Assembly: GCA_040954595.2 (NCBI GenBank)
Contig: CM082576.2
Location: forward strand, 1,710,760 to 1,774,759
DNA length: 64,000 bases
Direction of reading: 5' to 3'
From: Balanoglossus misakiensis
Lineage: Eukaryota; Animalia; Hemichordata
Positions 1-12,319 of the stretch are shown in pieces. Position numbers and translations under genes: made by a program. How positions within the stretch are numbered: position 1 is the stretch's first letter; each line of letters begins with the position of its first letter. The notes under the pieces are model-generated. The model saw only the letters and a list, made by a program, of their open reading frames with translations. It had not been told where the DNA came from and ran no database searches.

Positions 1-1659
1 TAATTCATGAATAATAAATTTGTGAATAATGTCATACGAGCAGCTGCCAAGACAACCACCAAGGTAACCATATATACGCCATACAATCACAAGGTCACAG
101 TCAAATTGACTGCTGTCATTTTAGACCAGGTATTGCTGACTTGCCTCATATAGGATTAGACCTGTTTTTCATGTACAGTCATAAAAAAAGTCCAGCACAG
201 TCAGAGATAGAAATAAATCCTCTGAAGAGATGTGTAAACAGTAACCACTTGAGGTCATTGACTTCACAGCTCTGTCAGTAAAATCTGGCACCAGCTATTC
301 ATGGATTGCTGAATAAATCTGACACCAGATATGTTTGCACCTCACACATGCCGAAGTCATAAAAATACACACAAGACACACAGACAAATCTCACACATCC
401 TGATGGTCTGCCTCCAGGAGAGATTTTTGTTGTGAACTGTCATGGCTGAATAAATTCAACAGTAACAATATCCCTTGCATGAACCTCAGAAATTGATTAC
501 ACAGGCCATCATCATGGTTACAGAGAAGATCGATGTACGAATACAAACACTTCCAAGTGTAAAGTAGCAATACAAGAGAACACACAAAAATTTGAATGTC
601 TGGTTCATATATTTGCTGATTCCACTTCAATTTGAAGTTGTTTCTGATCTGAATCTGTGCTGATGTATGCATATAAATGCAAAGCTGGAGGCAGGGTATT
701 CCGGGGGCCTCTTTCTTCTCTATCAGATATGCTACAGGCCTTTTTTGCCTGATCCAATATGCAAAACCTATCGCTGATCTATACACTCACCAATATGACA
801 TTCAACCCCTGAATTTTCATACAGAAAAATGTTGTGTGTAATATGTAAATGCAATTATCACACTGACAAATATTTCATTTACACTATGAACCAGTACACC
901 ATAATTATGAATTTGTATTAGTGGTCAGATCTCTTTGAAAATCCAATAAATTATACAGCCTACATTTGATATGTTGTGAACGCCAACAGCAAACCTGAGA
1001 CATTGCCTACAGTTTCATGTCTAGGCAAAATGAGTGTAAATTGTTCAGGAAAAAAACACAAATACACGCATTAATTGGTTAACTAGGGTTCTGGAAGAGA
1101 TCAGTAAAAAGTGTCATTCAATACAAAGCTGATGAATGTGGCATTAGTACTGTAGTCTTTAATGATACTAAAATCACTCAATTTTTAATCACTGTAAAAT
1201 AATTTTTTATGAAGGTTACCATGACAATAGATAACACTTTTAATATGAATATTACACTTCACTTGAACACGTCATAAAGGAAGTTCATTCAAGACAAGCA
1301 ATTGCAAGCAAATAAATATAAAACCATGGCCGCAAAAGAATGCATAAAAATCTAATATTGATTTGAACCATCCCCATGTAGCGGATATATTCTGGTATTG
1401 ATCTGTAAACATTCATCCGATTTCAAATTTGCTGAAGAGATTGAAGATCACAGCAAAGACTTTAGAGATATACAACTGATGTGATTCGATTTGACAACTT
1501 AAGGTTTGGACTTATTCAATAAAATTGAGGGGAAATTCTGTAGATGATGACATTTACTATTCTGCATGTTTTCATGGATGTACATGATGAAACACTTGCC
1601 CATTTTATTTATTTATATAATTCATCCATAGCAAAGACAGAAAGTATGTCTACTTAGGA

Positions 1660-1848
1660 TAGGATGACCAGAACAGGTGCGAATCACCTATACAAAGTCA
1701 GTCACACAAAGCAATGAGGAGTGCTCAAGGGCACAATATCGCAGCCATGAAGTTACCATCCTCAGATAGAAAATCAACGGCCATGAAAGGGTCACAACCC
1801 TCTGATTATGAGTCCGGTACCCTGACCATTAGGGCCACAATGCTTCCT
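1660..1848 (-). mobile_element. degenerate tRNA-derived SINE remnant
   Basis: The minus strand reads GGAAGCATTGTGGCCCTAATGGTCAGGGTACCGGACTCATAATCAGAGGGTTGTG, with an A-box-like TGGCCCTAATGG in a tRNA-like head. GTGCCCTTGAGCA follows, resembling the core motif of metazoan SINEs. The B box is degraded and boundaries are approximate. Confidence 0.5.
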
Positions 1849-4368
1849 ATTTTGCTGTATGTAATTCAGAGACAGCAGTGACAATATCAGGCAATTGCTG
1901 AGTTTGTCATGTTTATTTACCATATAATCAATAACCTGAAGCTATTGACACAAGTGGACCATACCAGTAAATTTCAACTGTGAATGTAGCAAAATTCAGT
2001 TTCCATCAACTTGTTTACCACTATATCACATACATAAAATTCCTATGTTATTCAATACTAACATAACTAACCTGATAATGAATGTCAAAATGTATTTTTC
2101 CATAAAATATATATTCCACTCATGGATGTCCTGTGAGTACATTGTATAGTGTAAGTGTTATATTTTGAAAAACCAAAGTACACTTCTGCCAAATAAAAAC
2201 ACATATACAAAGTAACTCTGCCATTAAATATTGATTGCCTTTTGTGGCATTGACCCATGTAAGGTTAAAAAAAACCTTATAATTTAAAGCAGCACATATC
2301 GGATCTTGACTGACAGTGAAACAGAAGACATGCAAACAAGGAATCAACATCCCAAGCAGACTGTGTGTGATTCTTTCAACAACTGGCTGACCTCAAACCG
2401 AGACTTTCTTCCATCACATTTCAACTGCATACTTGCAATATTTTCTACATGATCATAATATACTTTACAGATACTTTGATATTATGTATGGCAGCCCATG
2501 ATATGATGAATGGTTTTCATTTTCAGAATAATCAGAATATTTATTTTAAAGAATCCAAAATCAGAGCGCTTCTTTTAGTCTTGTACAACCACACTTTGAT
2601 ATTAGTGGTAGTGAAGTATAAAGCCTGGTTTGCTTTCACAGAAGACTTTGTTTTAATACTACGAAACACACAATGACATGATGACATCCATGACCAAAAC
2701 AACACTTTCTGTACAGCTAAAACTGCCAATTAAGTGTACTAAACATCTCATGCTGAAACCAGACGCTGATTTGACATTTGATGAGTATGATGAAATAAAT
2801 TGTAAATAAGTCTCTGTTTAAACTGCCAAAAATGAGAGCTAAATCTAACTTTCAACCTAAAAAAGTCAGGTTCAATCATAGATTACATTAAAGCCTGAGT
2901 AATGCTCACTTTGGACCATTTTCATGTTTCTGTTGGAAATGGCATAAAAATAGATGGAAATTGAATCACACAGTTTGCATGCCAAGCCTGGCGTTCATGT
3001 TTTATAATATAACGAGTGAATGAAAAATGACTTCTTGTCCAGAGAGGAATTCAAGCTTTGTTGACACATGAAACGCATGTACTTAATGACATTGCTGCTC
3101 ATGCGCAACCAAATCTACATAAAGATTTGTTGAAGATAAAAGTACGGGAAAAAATAATTTATGTCATGAGGCCGAGGGTCTGTAAATTTCTTTGAGTAGT
3201 TCAGTTTTGTACCTATAAGGTTTCCTATAAATCCCCCCTCAGTGCTCATGCAGATTCCCTAAAATGAAATGGTTTGATCGGGTGTATCTACAGGACAGTG
3301 TTGTATCAGTGTTTGCCACCATGCAGAATGTTATCACATCCCACACTTGATGTTTACACTTCAGTAAAGAAGTTTCACTCAGCAGATTGTCTTGGCATAT
3401 TGCAAACACTTGGGTAATTTACGATATTGCTGAGTGAACAAACGGTGCGTTAATAGCTGTAAGTTTTTTGCTGGAACATCAGCCACGCTGTCTTTACATG
3501 GATACAGGGTTTTTACTCACCAGACCAATTAGGATTGTGTTCATTGCCACAAAATAGAATGTATCCTCCTCCATTGCTTTGCCATTCATCCAGGTGTCAG
3601 CATGCTATGCTAATTTATGCTAATTTATGCTAATTTTGATCACACAGACAGCAGGATCTCACACTTCTCATAAAGTGGACAAGAGTTGTCTGTCACATAT
3701 ACAACATGGCAGTTGTCAACAAACCTCTTATTTCTTCATTGAACAACATTTCACAATCAATGTGTGGGGAAAAAAAAACAAAATTATCACGGCCCAAATT
3801 TAGCATTAATACTTGGGCTTTAATTGTCAGCATTCATTCATTGTCAGCATTCATGTTTATTTCTCTTATTTAATAAAATAAAATACAAACTAAGACAAAA
3901 TACTCCACTTTCATTCTTTCTTAGGTTTGTTGTATGGACTTATAATTTAACATTTTCACACAATTTCCTCACCTAGAAATACTTCACACAAATTTGCATT
4001 TCAATTTAAAAGCAGTCAACAGAATAATAGTATCTGTTCCTATAGAGCAGCTGATACCATTTTGAATCAATTCAACTGAATCCTTGCAAGGCTTAGTAAA
4101 AAAATAATTTTGATGCAATAGCGTTATGGCATATAATTAGCATAGAAATTGGTAAATCCTACAAGCCCTCACAGTGAATTTATGATATTGATAATGTCAA
4201 TTATATTATACCAGTATATTGATGGTGTAAATCACGCTATTTGATTGGTCGAGACACGACACGTGACCGTGATATATTAGCCATATACCACAGTCATATA
4301 TCATAGTCAAAGAAAATGCCCTTTTAAAATGTTTTATGCAAAGTTTCAATATACTGACATAATATAAT

Positions 4369-4511
4369 AGCAATAAAACACCCCCAGCCATGGTATACCA
4401 CTCGATTTTGACCAGTTCAACTCCATATACGCACTCGCTATCGCTCGTGCGTATATGTCGTGAACTGGTCAAAATCTCGTGGTATACCATGGCTGGGGGT
4501 GTTTTATTGCT
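4369..4511. mobile_element. 143-bp near-perfect palindrome (foldback end of a non-autonomous element that probably starts ~4205)
   Basis: AGCAATAAAACACCCCCAGCCATGGTATACCAC.CGATTTTGACCAGTTCA is mirrored by TGAACTGGTCAAAATC.CGTGGTATACCATGGCTGGGGGTGTTTTATTGCT, centred on GCACTCGCTATCGCTCGTGC. Confidence 0.7.
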
Positions 4512-6642
4512 TAAATAGTTCATGGGATGTAAACTGCCACTTTACCTGACCTTTGACCTACCTGAACTTCCATCGATAGCATGCAAAATTCCTCACAATT
4601 TCAACAACTAGACCAAATTTCAAGGCAATCAGAGTGAGACAAACGGATTCTGAGAAGAAAAAGGCAACCCCCCCCCCTCATACAATATTGCACATTCTGT
4701 CGTAATTTGAACATCTGATTTTAGATCACATCCAGGGAGCTGCAGACCAAATTTCAAAATAGACAGAAAATTGTTGCTGGTTGTAAAATTCACCAGAAAC
4801 AGTTTCCAAATTGCATAAGACATTTCTCCTATGTCGGGTCAAATATGACAAAGATTGGGGTCATTTATCAGGTCACAGTCACTCTGTGGAGTGACCATGG
4901 AATGACCATGATCAGGTCTAATAGCAAGACCTCGGGTCATTTCTCCTACATCAGGTCAAATAGCAAGGATTGGGGTCAGAGCTTACTTCAAATCAAAGGA
5001 CTAGCCATAAAGAAGGTTATTTCTTTTATACATGATGGCCAAATGTCACTTTCTTGTGTGTCAAATCAACAGACAGCATTGGATTGAATAGGGATTAGAG
5101 TAATCAAGCTTCATGTATTGTTTTGTTCTACACACATAATACTGTAAGGCATGTTAGCACTAGTATTGCACCATGATATTGCAACATCAGGTTATGCCAA
5201 ACTGTGTGAATTGCAATACCGGGTTTATATGTGCATCCTCAATTTGGAAATAGATTGAAGATTACAGAAATCCTGACAAAGGATTCATGTAAACAAGTAC
5301 ACACATGCAGAACTAAACAGCTGTATCATATTCATGCGCCCAATCACCTCCTGACATCAATAATTTATAATATCAATAAATATGATTAATAATTCATATT
5401 TCATCAATAACTACACAAGAAAGTAGTCTGAATATCTTTCCAGTGACTGTCTTTAGATAAACATGACCAGGTGGACAATCCACCACTTCGAAAAGGGTTT
5501 CATTCTCTAATCAATTTAACTTCATTACTTCATGGCTAGTTTTCAGAACAAAAATGAGTACCATCTCAGTGTAATCTCAAAAAATATACAGCAAAAACGG
5601 TTTGCTGTTATAACCCTGTGATATACAAGGGTTTAGAGATGTTAGTTGTTACTCTATTTAATATATTTTCAGAGCTGGATCTAGACAACCTCATATATAA
5701 TAACAGATTATTAACGTTGATAGATTTCATATCGTAGAGAGCACAAGAAGTCCAAATTTGAGACTGAAATTAGATTTGTGGGTACCTCTTGAAGGTTTGA
5801 CAATATCTCCTTAACAACATCTCCTTGAAGACGATCTCACATTATATATAAATGATGGCAGACTACCAATCTTGATAGACACACTTGAGGTTGACAGAAG
5901 CACATAAATAATGATAGACAAAAAACACTCACCAACTCAACAGGGTATTATATGGAAAATACCACTAGGTCTAAATCTTGGAATCAATATCTACAATTTA
6001 CCAATGAGCAAACATATCAAGACTAAATTTCTGCAATTTCTATATAAATTCCATCAGAGTATAAAATAATTAAGTTGGGTATACAATCTAAATCAGGGGT
6101 AATGTAAAAATTGGCATGATTAAAGATACTACTTTTTCATTCTCTGCATTGCAATAAAGCAATTACTCCAATAGGAAAATGTGATTTGAACCTTTGATTT
6201 CCTTCAATGTAATAAAAGATCACAAGAAATGCTGTGGGGGTTAAAGGTCACAAATCCAGAATTAAATATTAGACATGTTATGTTGATATATCAGGGCTCA
6301 AAATTGTGATGTTTTTCTTGGTCTCCAAAGTGAGCTACCATTTTGTAAAGTACATATGTTTGAAAATTACAAACTAGCAATGATTATGTAATTAATATTA
6401 ATTATTATACAATAACATATGCAGCCATCAAGCCATATGTTTCTGTATTGACAACTGTTTGAGGTCACAAATAAGTGAAATTTATATTGTTTAAAGTAAA
6501 CCTATGACCTATTATTGTTATACATGAAATTAATTTGAATATCAATATATCCAATTCAAATTGACAAAATAGAGCCTTTTCATACATTCATGACATCATG
6601 ATGTACAGAGATGACATTGACAAATAAAGTCTGTATGAAGCT

Positions 6643-6676
6643 GTGTGTGTGTGTGTGTGTGTGCGTGCGTGCGTGC
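6643..6676. repeat. (TG)n/(TGCG)n microsatellite
   Basis: tgtgtgtgtgtgtgtgtgtgtgcgtgcgtgcgtgc is seen directly. Confidence 0.9.
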
Positions 6677-9426
6677 ATCGAGATCACTTCAGTGTGAGCA
6701 ATGGGCAAGGTGTTATTGTTTATTTGCAAATATTGTGCCAGTTTTCATAAAATAATCTTTGTGGACTAAATTGTTAAACTGTTTGTGTACTATGATACAT
6801 TTTCATAATTGCAAGATTGACATGGATAACTAAATCATACCCTAACATCTAAATTGAATGCATGCCTGACAATTGATTATTTTAAGCCAGAGCTGTTTTG
6901 TCTCATCATTATTTTAATATCATTTAACAGCAGCCATTGCTTCAACTAAATATATGTGAAACTTTAATACTCAAAATATGATTTACATTTTCATGCAAAT
7001 AATTTTTACATCTTAATATGTCATTGTAACATAAGTTCATAATCTAGCTTATCACACATATATTTGTAAACAGTACTTCAAATTTCATCAGATTTTTCTT
7101 TAAATCTCATCTCATTGTAATTTTCTGACTAGACAGTGTGGCTGTCTGCATTACATGAATTATAATCAGTGACCCTACTACTAGTCTTGTGGATTTGTCA
7201 GATGTACCACTGGGATCCAATAAATCATTTTGAGAATTCAAACGACTGAGAAACAGCCATGAAAATTTCATAAATCCCATGGATTTGGAATTCTGATCAC
7301 TGCTCTCATTCAAGATCAATCATAGAGACATTGGAAAGCATAACATTCATGGATACATCCCATACAGTAATTCCTATAAGACTCAATCATTAAAATGATT
7401 AATTTAAGGTGACTGGATTTTGACTGATAACAAAATCATATTCAGCGACTACCTTGGAGGATATTTCAACAAATCCAAAGTATTCAGAAATATAAGCAAT
7501 AATTGCCCAGTGAATATTTTTACAACAGGAGACAATTTAAGCTCCTATTCTAAAATGCATTCTTCAAGTGGTCTGATTTTTTACACAAAATGCACATACC
7601 GGTACATACTAGTATATACAACATAGCATAGAGGCTGTACTGTTGATATGAGTTGGTTGGTGGGCTAGACTGTCAACTTATTGGCATCCTGCAACCCTTG
7701 GAAGTACAGAGACAGCCTGTAGTATCTCCAATATTTTTTAAATTCCTACAAACAGCTCATATTTATTTCATTATACCAACCATGCTTGAAAATGATACTC
7801 ATTATATTCACATCACATCACATTTCATTGCAGCTGAAAACACTCTTTTCAGGTGCAGCAGTAAAACCATGCAAGGAGGGTTGGCTGCACGCACCTTACT
7901 CATCCAAGTTGACCTAGGGAAACTAACATATTTATTTCAACTGCTTTAACATTAACAGTGAATAGACTGACTCCCCAACAAACTGCAAAAGTGTGAATGT
8001 TACCAAGCTGCAGCTATTCTGCTGACAAGTCATTTCTGCTTCTCTTTTCAGTCTCAAAAAATATGTCCATTGTCTGCTTTTGAAAACAAATCCTGGTTAT
8101 TTTTTAGCTTAGGCCCACCTCTGATGCATACATGTGTGTGGATCAGAAACCAAGACAATGACAGCTATGCTACAACATCAGATCCTGTTTTTCTAATTCA
8201 GCAACAATGATTGTGTCCTTTTCAAAGCACAGAGGAAGAACTTGACCTTGTAGTCTCTGTATACAGCACAAAAATAATTCTTGATATTGTGATAAATATT
8301 AGGAAACTGCTTTCCAAGCCTGAAAATCGAACAAAAACTAAACCCAGGTGATTTAGCACACAGATTTGCTCAGAATGTTGTATTTGCAATGTTATTTCCA
8401 AGTAGAGGTTTAATTTTACCCTCTTTGTCATTATGTTTTGATGAGAGGTCATACTCAGTGAGTTCAGATAGCTGTTGGAAAGAGATTCCCATTCTCTGTG
8501 ACAGTTGCAGTCCATGCCATGCAGAAAATGACATTTTGCAGGCCTTTTATGTTTGAATAAGCTGATAGCAGTTAATGAACAGTACAACATTCAGCCGTAC
8601 TTGCAACCATTTGAAAGGTAAGGTCGTCAATAAATTCCAGTTACTATGCTGTGTGAAAATAATATTAAAGTATTCAGCCTGACACTTCCATGACAACCAA
8701 GCAAATCACAATCCCTGCCACTCATTGGTCATTTCTCTGTGCTATTAATCAGCAAATTACGACTTGGCAAAATTGAATAAGAACTGACGTCATTGATGTA
8801 TTGTTCCATTGCACATGGGGTAATGTCTTTCAATATGGCCACATTGGTATTGAACAGGTCACTATAACCGTTGCATTTTTCACAAACAAGCTGATGTGTC
8901 ATTATTGACAAGCAGTTGAAATCAATTCATATTGTACCTCTTTATGAAAATTTCTTACTAATCAGAAATGGAACCAATCAAATGTAGAGAAAGAGAGCGA
9001 GTCGCAGAGAGAGTAGGAATGTAGACAGAGAAAATCTTTAGAGTGGTCATTCTTGACATTACTCCACTGCCATACTTCAGGATTTCATCTGAGTAAAATA
9101 GCAAATTATATAAAACATCTCTACAATTTTGTTGGAAACCTTCAAGGAATTTCTTCCTTCTCAGTTGCAAAGAAAATGATTAATGAGGACGGATAAGTGA
9201 ATTATGCTGCATAAAATGACAACATTGGAAGTGAAAATTTGAAGATGGGAACTAGTGTCTAGGTAAATCAACTACCGGACATATTATTTATAACACTATA
9301 TAACCTGTGACCTTTGTAATGGCAATTACTTAACTTGAATATTTTGCTAATAATGCAACATATCCAGCATCAACTATATTTCCTTTTCTTTACACTGAAT
9401 ATTGTCCCTCTGCTCTCTATAACTTT

Positions 9427-9465
9427 ATTCATTCATTCATTCAGTCAGTCAGTCAGTCAGTCAGT
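9427..9465. repeat. (ATTC)n(AGTC)n compound microsatellite
   Basis: attcattcattcattcagtcagtcagtcagtcagtcagt is seen directly. Confidence 0.85.
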
Positions 9466-9540
9466 ATAAAACCCAATTTCCTGGATGGGGTCTACATCAG
9501 TTGCATGTAAGATTTTTGGAAAAGGAACCATGTTTGAGGG

Positions 9541-9650
9541 GACCCCCTATGTAACACCATGTCTGATCAGACCCCCTATGTAACACCATGTCTGATCAGA
9601 CCCCCTATGTAACACCATGTCTGATCAGACCCCCTATGTAACACCATGTA
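9541..9650. repeat. 29-bp minisatellite, ~3.8 copies
   Basis: Unit GACCCCCTATGTAACACCATGTCTGATCA is identical at 9541, 9570 and 9599 and partial at 9628. Confidence 0.95.
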
Positions 9651-11207
9651 TGAGGGGAACTTCAAGATGACATATTTCAGCAGTGTTAAACAAATTTAAG
9701 TTCACAAGCAAAATTAGTGTTGGGACATGATGAAATTTTGTAGCAGATAAAAATATCAATCCAAAAAGATGGTATTAAATTCTTACTACAAAAACTTGAC
9801 AATGAGATGCAAACCCACAATCAAGCATAGGTGATATATGACACCCCATCAAAACTCTTACAACAGTTGAGTTACTTTCTTACTCACATTGTAATTATGC
9901 AATTATTCTAATTATTCTAATGTGATGCGACCCCCTAGCATGAAATAAAAACTTAAAGATAATGGGTTCCAAAGTATTCAATTTGCATCAGCTGTAACTT
10001 TTTGCTGCCAATTTCTTCACAAAATCTTATCCCCCCCCCCCTCCCCCTTATGAAGATGCCTATACAATGACTGTTTATTCTACAAAACATTAAAATGTTT
10101 AGCTTTTTATCATGACTGTTTAAGCTTTATATAAACTCAGGAAATTAGATTACATATTTCAGATCCTAGAATACAATTATAGTCTATTATTTGCACACTG
10201 TGAATATAAAATAATATTTATTCCATTGCATTTACAAGACAAAACTGCAATGTGTGATTTCACTAGAATGTTATTAATGCAAGAGCTTCATCTGTTGCCA
10301 TGCCAACCAACTCCCAAACCCTAAGTTTGGTGGGTTCTAGTTTATGACATTCAACTGGCTATAATGAACACACACAATTTTCAAGACAGTTTGCAACATA
10401 TTATATTATCCTGTTTGAAGCATTCAGACCATCAAGCGAACCTAGACTCTCCCTTGCACATGGATTTTATTTCAGCATCAAATTTGATTTTGAAAGAGTG
10501 TGGAGTGCAATGCATATCACATAGTTGACATCGTTTCCATCATTGTCTGGCCACTGCTCTGTACTATATACATGTCATTATGTTATCTGTACTGCGTCCG
10601 TGTAAAACATTGGCGAATTATTCCAGTCAGGTCTGTTGCTGCTGTTTCGTTTCGGTTGTTTCAAATCAGTCTTCTTAGGCTTCCCCTCACAATTATCATT
10701 TTCTGCTTATTTGTGACAGTTAAAACCTACAGCGCAAGCTACAAATCATTTGGCCGAATGCTACATTATAGTCATTAAATGAAGCGAATAAAATGCGACT
10801 GGAGCTTCAAGAGGAAAAATATAAAAGGCAGGTTTTTTTTAGATATTCATCTGGAGACACTGAAGATGTACTTGTCGTTTTCTGTATAGTTTATATCAAC
10901 ATACATTTTTCGTGAGAAGATTATGATTATCGAATGAATTCATTATGGTGTTCGCAGCCCCCAGGCACCCCTAATGCTCATTTTCCGAGACAGCTGGATA
11001 CAATATACAGCTGGTGAAATCGCAGTCATTCTTAAAAATAAGACAGCGATCCCGAACCAACCGAGATGAAGCAAGTTCGGTCACGAAGGAGCACCTCACG
11101 TCGCGACACCTTAAACATATCTCCTTCCGGCGATCTTCTTCAAGGTGGGCATCGCCACAAGTCTCCATAAATCAATTAAATAACCAACTCTAATATATTT
11201 AGCCTAC

Positions 11208-11282
11208 CTTTCTGTATACTATGAAATTGGGGTTATATTCATTCGTCCCGTTAGTAGAGTCTTGTTTTCGTCTGTGAGCCAT
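11208..11282 (-). CDS. RGS7: first coding exon of an R7-family regulator of G-protein signalling (RGS7/RGS6-like); the rest lies left of the window
   Basis: Translates MAHRRKQDSTNGTNEYNPNFIVYRK followed by a phase-0 donor AAG|GTAGGC. This matches the recalled vertebrate RGS7 N-terminus (..SNGVADESPNMLVYRK|MEDVI), including the intron after VYRK. There is an in-frame upstream ATG at 11297. The exon begins at an acceptor near 11595, with an upstream non-coding exon donor near 11690. Confidence 0.75.
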
Positions 11283-11699
11283 TATGATGATGTTCATGTA
11301 TCTTGGTGTCGACTTCCTTCCCCGAATCCCGTCAAAGTAAAATATCCTTCGGCGGAGTCAAGAAAAATCCATGCTGCAGTCACATTCGCTATGAGTCGTA
11401 ATGCTAATAAAACGGGACACAATAAAAACTAGACTTCGATAAAGACCGGTCGCTGCTCCAGCAATTCCACCAGCTTTCATCAATGAATGAAATTCCTTCA
11501 GTTCTTAACTGTTTTCCTTCCACCGATCGCACTGGCCGATATTATTGCTAAATTCCTCTAGGTAATTGCCGGTCCAGCAGCATTTAGGGCAAATCCTGAA
11601 AGACACAAAACATCGGAAACGCCATTCCAATGAAAAGAAAGGTTTCCTTTGAACCAAGACGGCGTTTTTTCATGCGATGGCCAGCTCACCTACCTCATC

Positions 11700-11770
11700 A
11701 CTACGTCGATCTGGCTGCCATGTTGAAATCCTCATCCACCAATCAGCGCGTCGCGTTACCAGGGCGATAC
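11700..11770 (-). promoter_or_regulatory. putative RGS7-like promoter/TSS region
   Basis: CpG-rich, with YY1-like CAACATGGCAGC on the minus strand (~11714-11725) and a CCAAT box (CCAATCAGC, 11739) just upstream of minus-strand donors GAG|GTAGGTGAG at ~11686-11694. Confidence 0.45.
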
Positions 11771-12286
11771 TAAGATGATGGAAGGGAGTTTGTATCATGG
11801 ATACACCGTTTCTTCCTCAAAAATTGTCACGCATGTGTTTCATTATGCCGCCGATCATCAATTAAACACACCAAGTCTTACCATATTTTCTAACTGTCCA
11901 TCTGGTGACAATGCGACAAACATATAAGTCGTTGTGCTTATAATTACTGGAGTCTTCACCGTAAGGAATTATTATTAAAATTATTATGTTTATATAATTC
12001 TTTATTAATTAATTATTATTAATGTTATTATTGTTGACATCTTCATAGTGATTGTTTACGTTAACCATCTATTGTATGATGATATTTATCGGATATGGCA
12101 ACGAACAATGCTAACAAGACAGACGCGTCCGTAGTCAGTACTATTCCGATCACCGGACAAATTCCAACCCATCACGAACACTTGTGCCATAATGGGCCTT
12201 TTCACCATTTTTCTGTTATCCAAAGTTATCTAAAGTGCTTCGGACCCTATTTACCTAACCTTAGGTACCTAACCTCAGGCCTATTG

Positions 12287-12315
<29 letters not shown>
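12287..12315. repeat. (CT)n microsatellite
   Basis: About 14 CT units are seen directly. Confidence 0.9.

Positions 12316-12319
<4 letters not shown>

Noticed and set aside
1780-1848. tRNA gene
   Set aside because: Only an A-box-like head is present, with no intact T-loop or cloverleaf; better explained as a SINE remnant.
4540-5000. Repeat-like segments with GACC/GGTCA motifs (also ~21370-21540, 37170-37310, 49440-49730)
   Set aside because: They are probably old interspersed repeats, but boundaries and family cannot be supported from this window.
5933-6000. Third minus-strand TTG|GTGAGT donor as another alternative RGS7 first exon
   Set aside because: The phase-0 frame has a TAA five codons upstream and no ATG after it.
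9541-9650. 29-bp direct repeats of CRISPR-like length
   Set aside because: The units are head-to-tail with no unique spacers, there are no cas genes and the context is a eukaryotic intron, so this is an ordinary minisatellite.
391-10778. Short ORFs (60-131 aa) in the first 11 kb
   Set aside because: No recognisable domains, AT-rich non-coding composition and no coherent splice chain; interpreted as RGS7-like intron.
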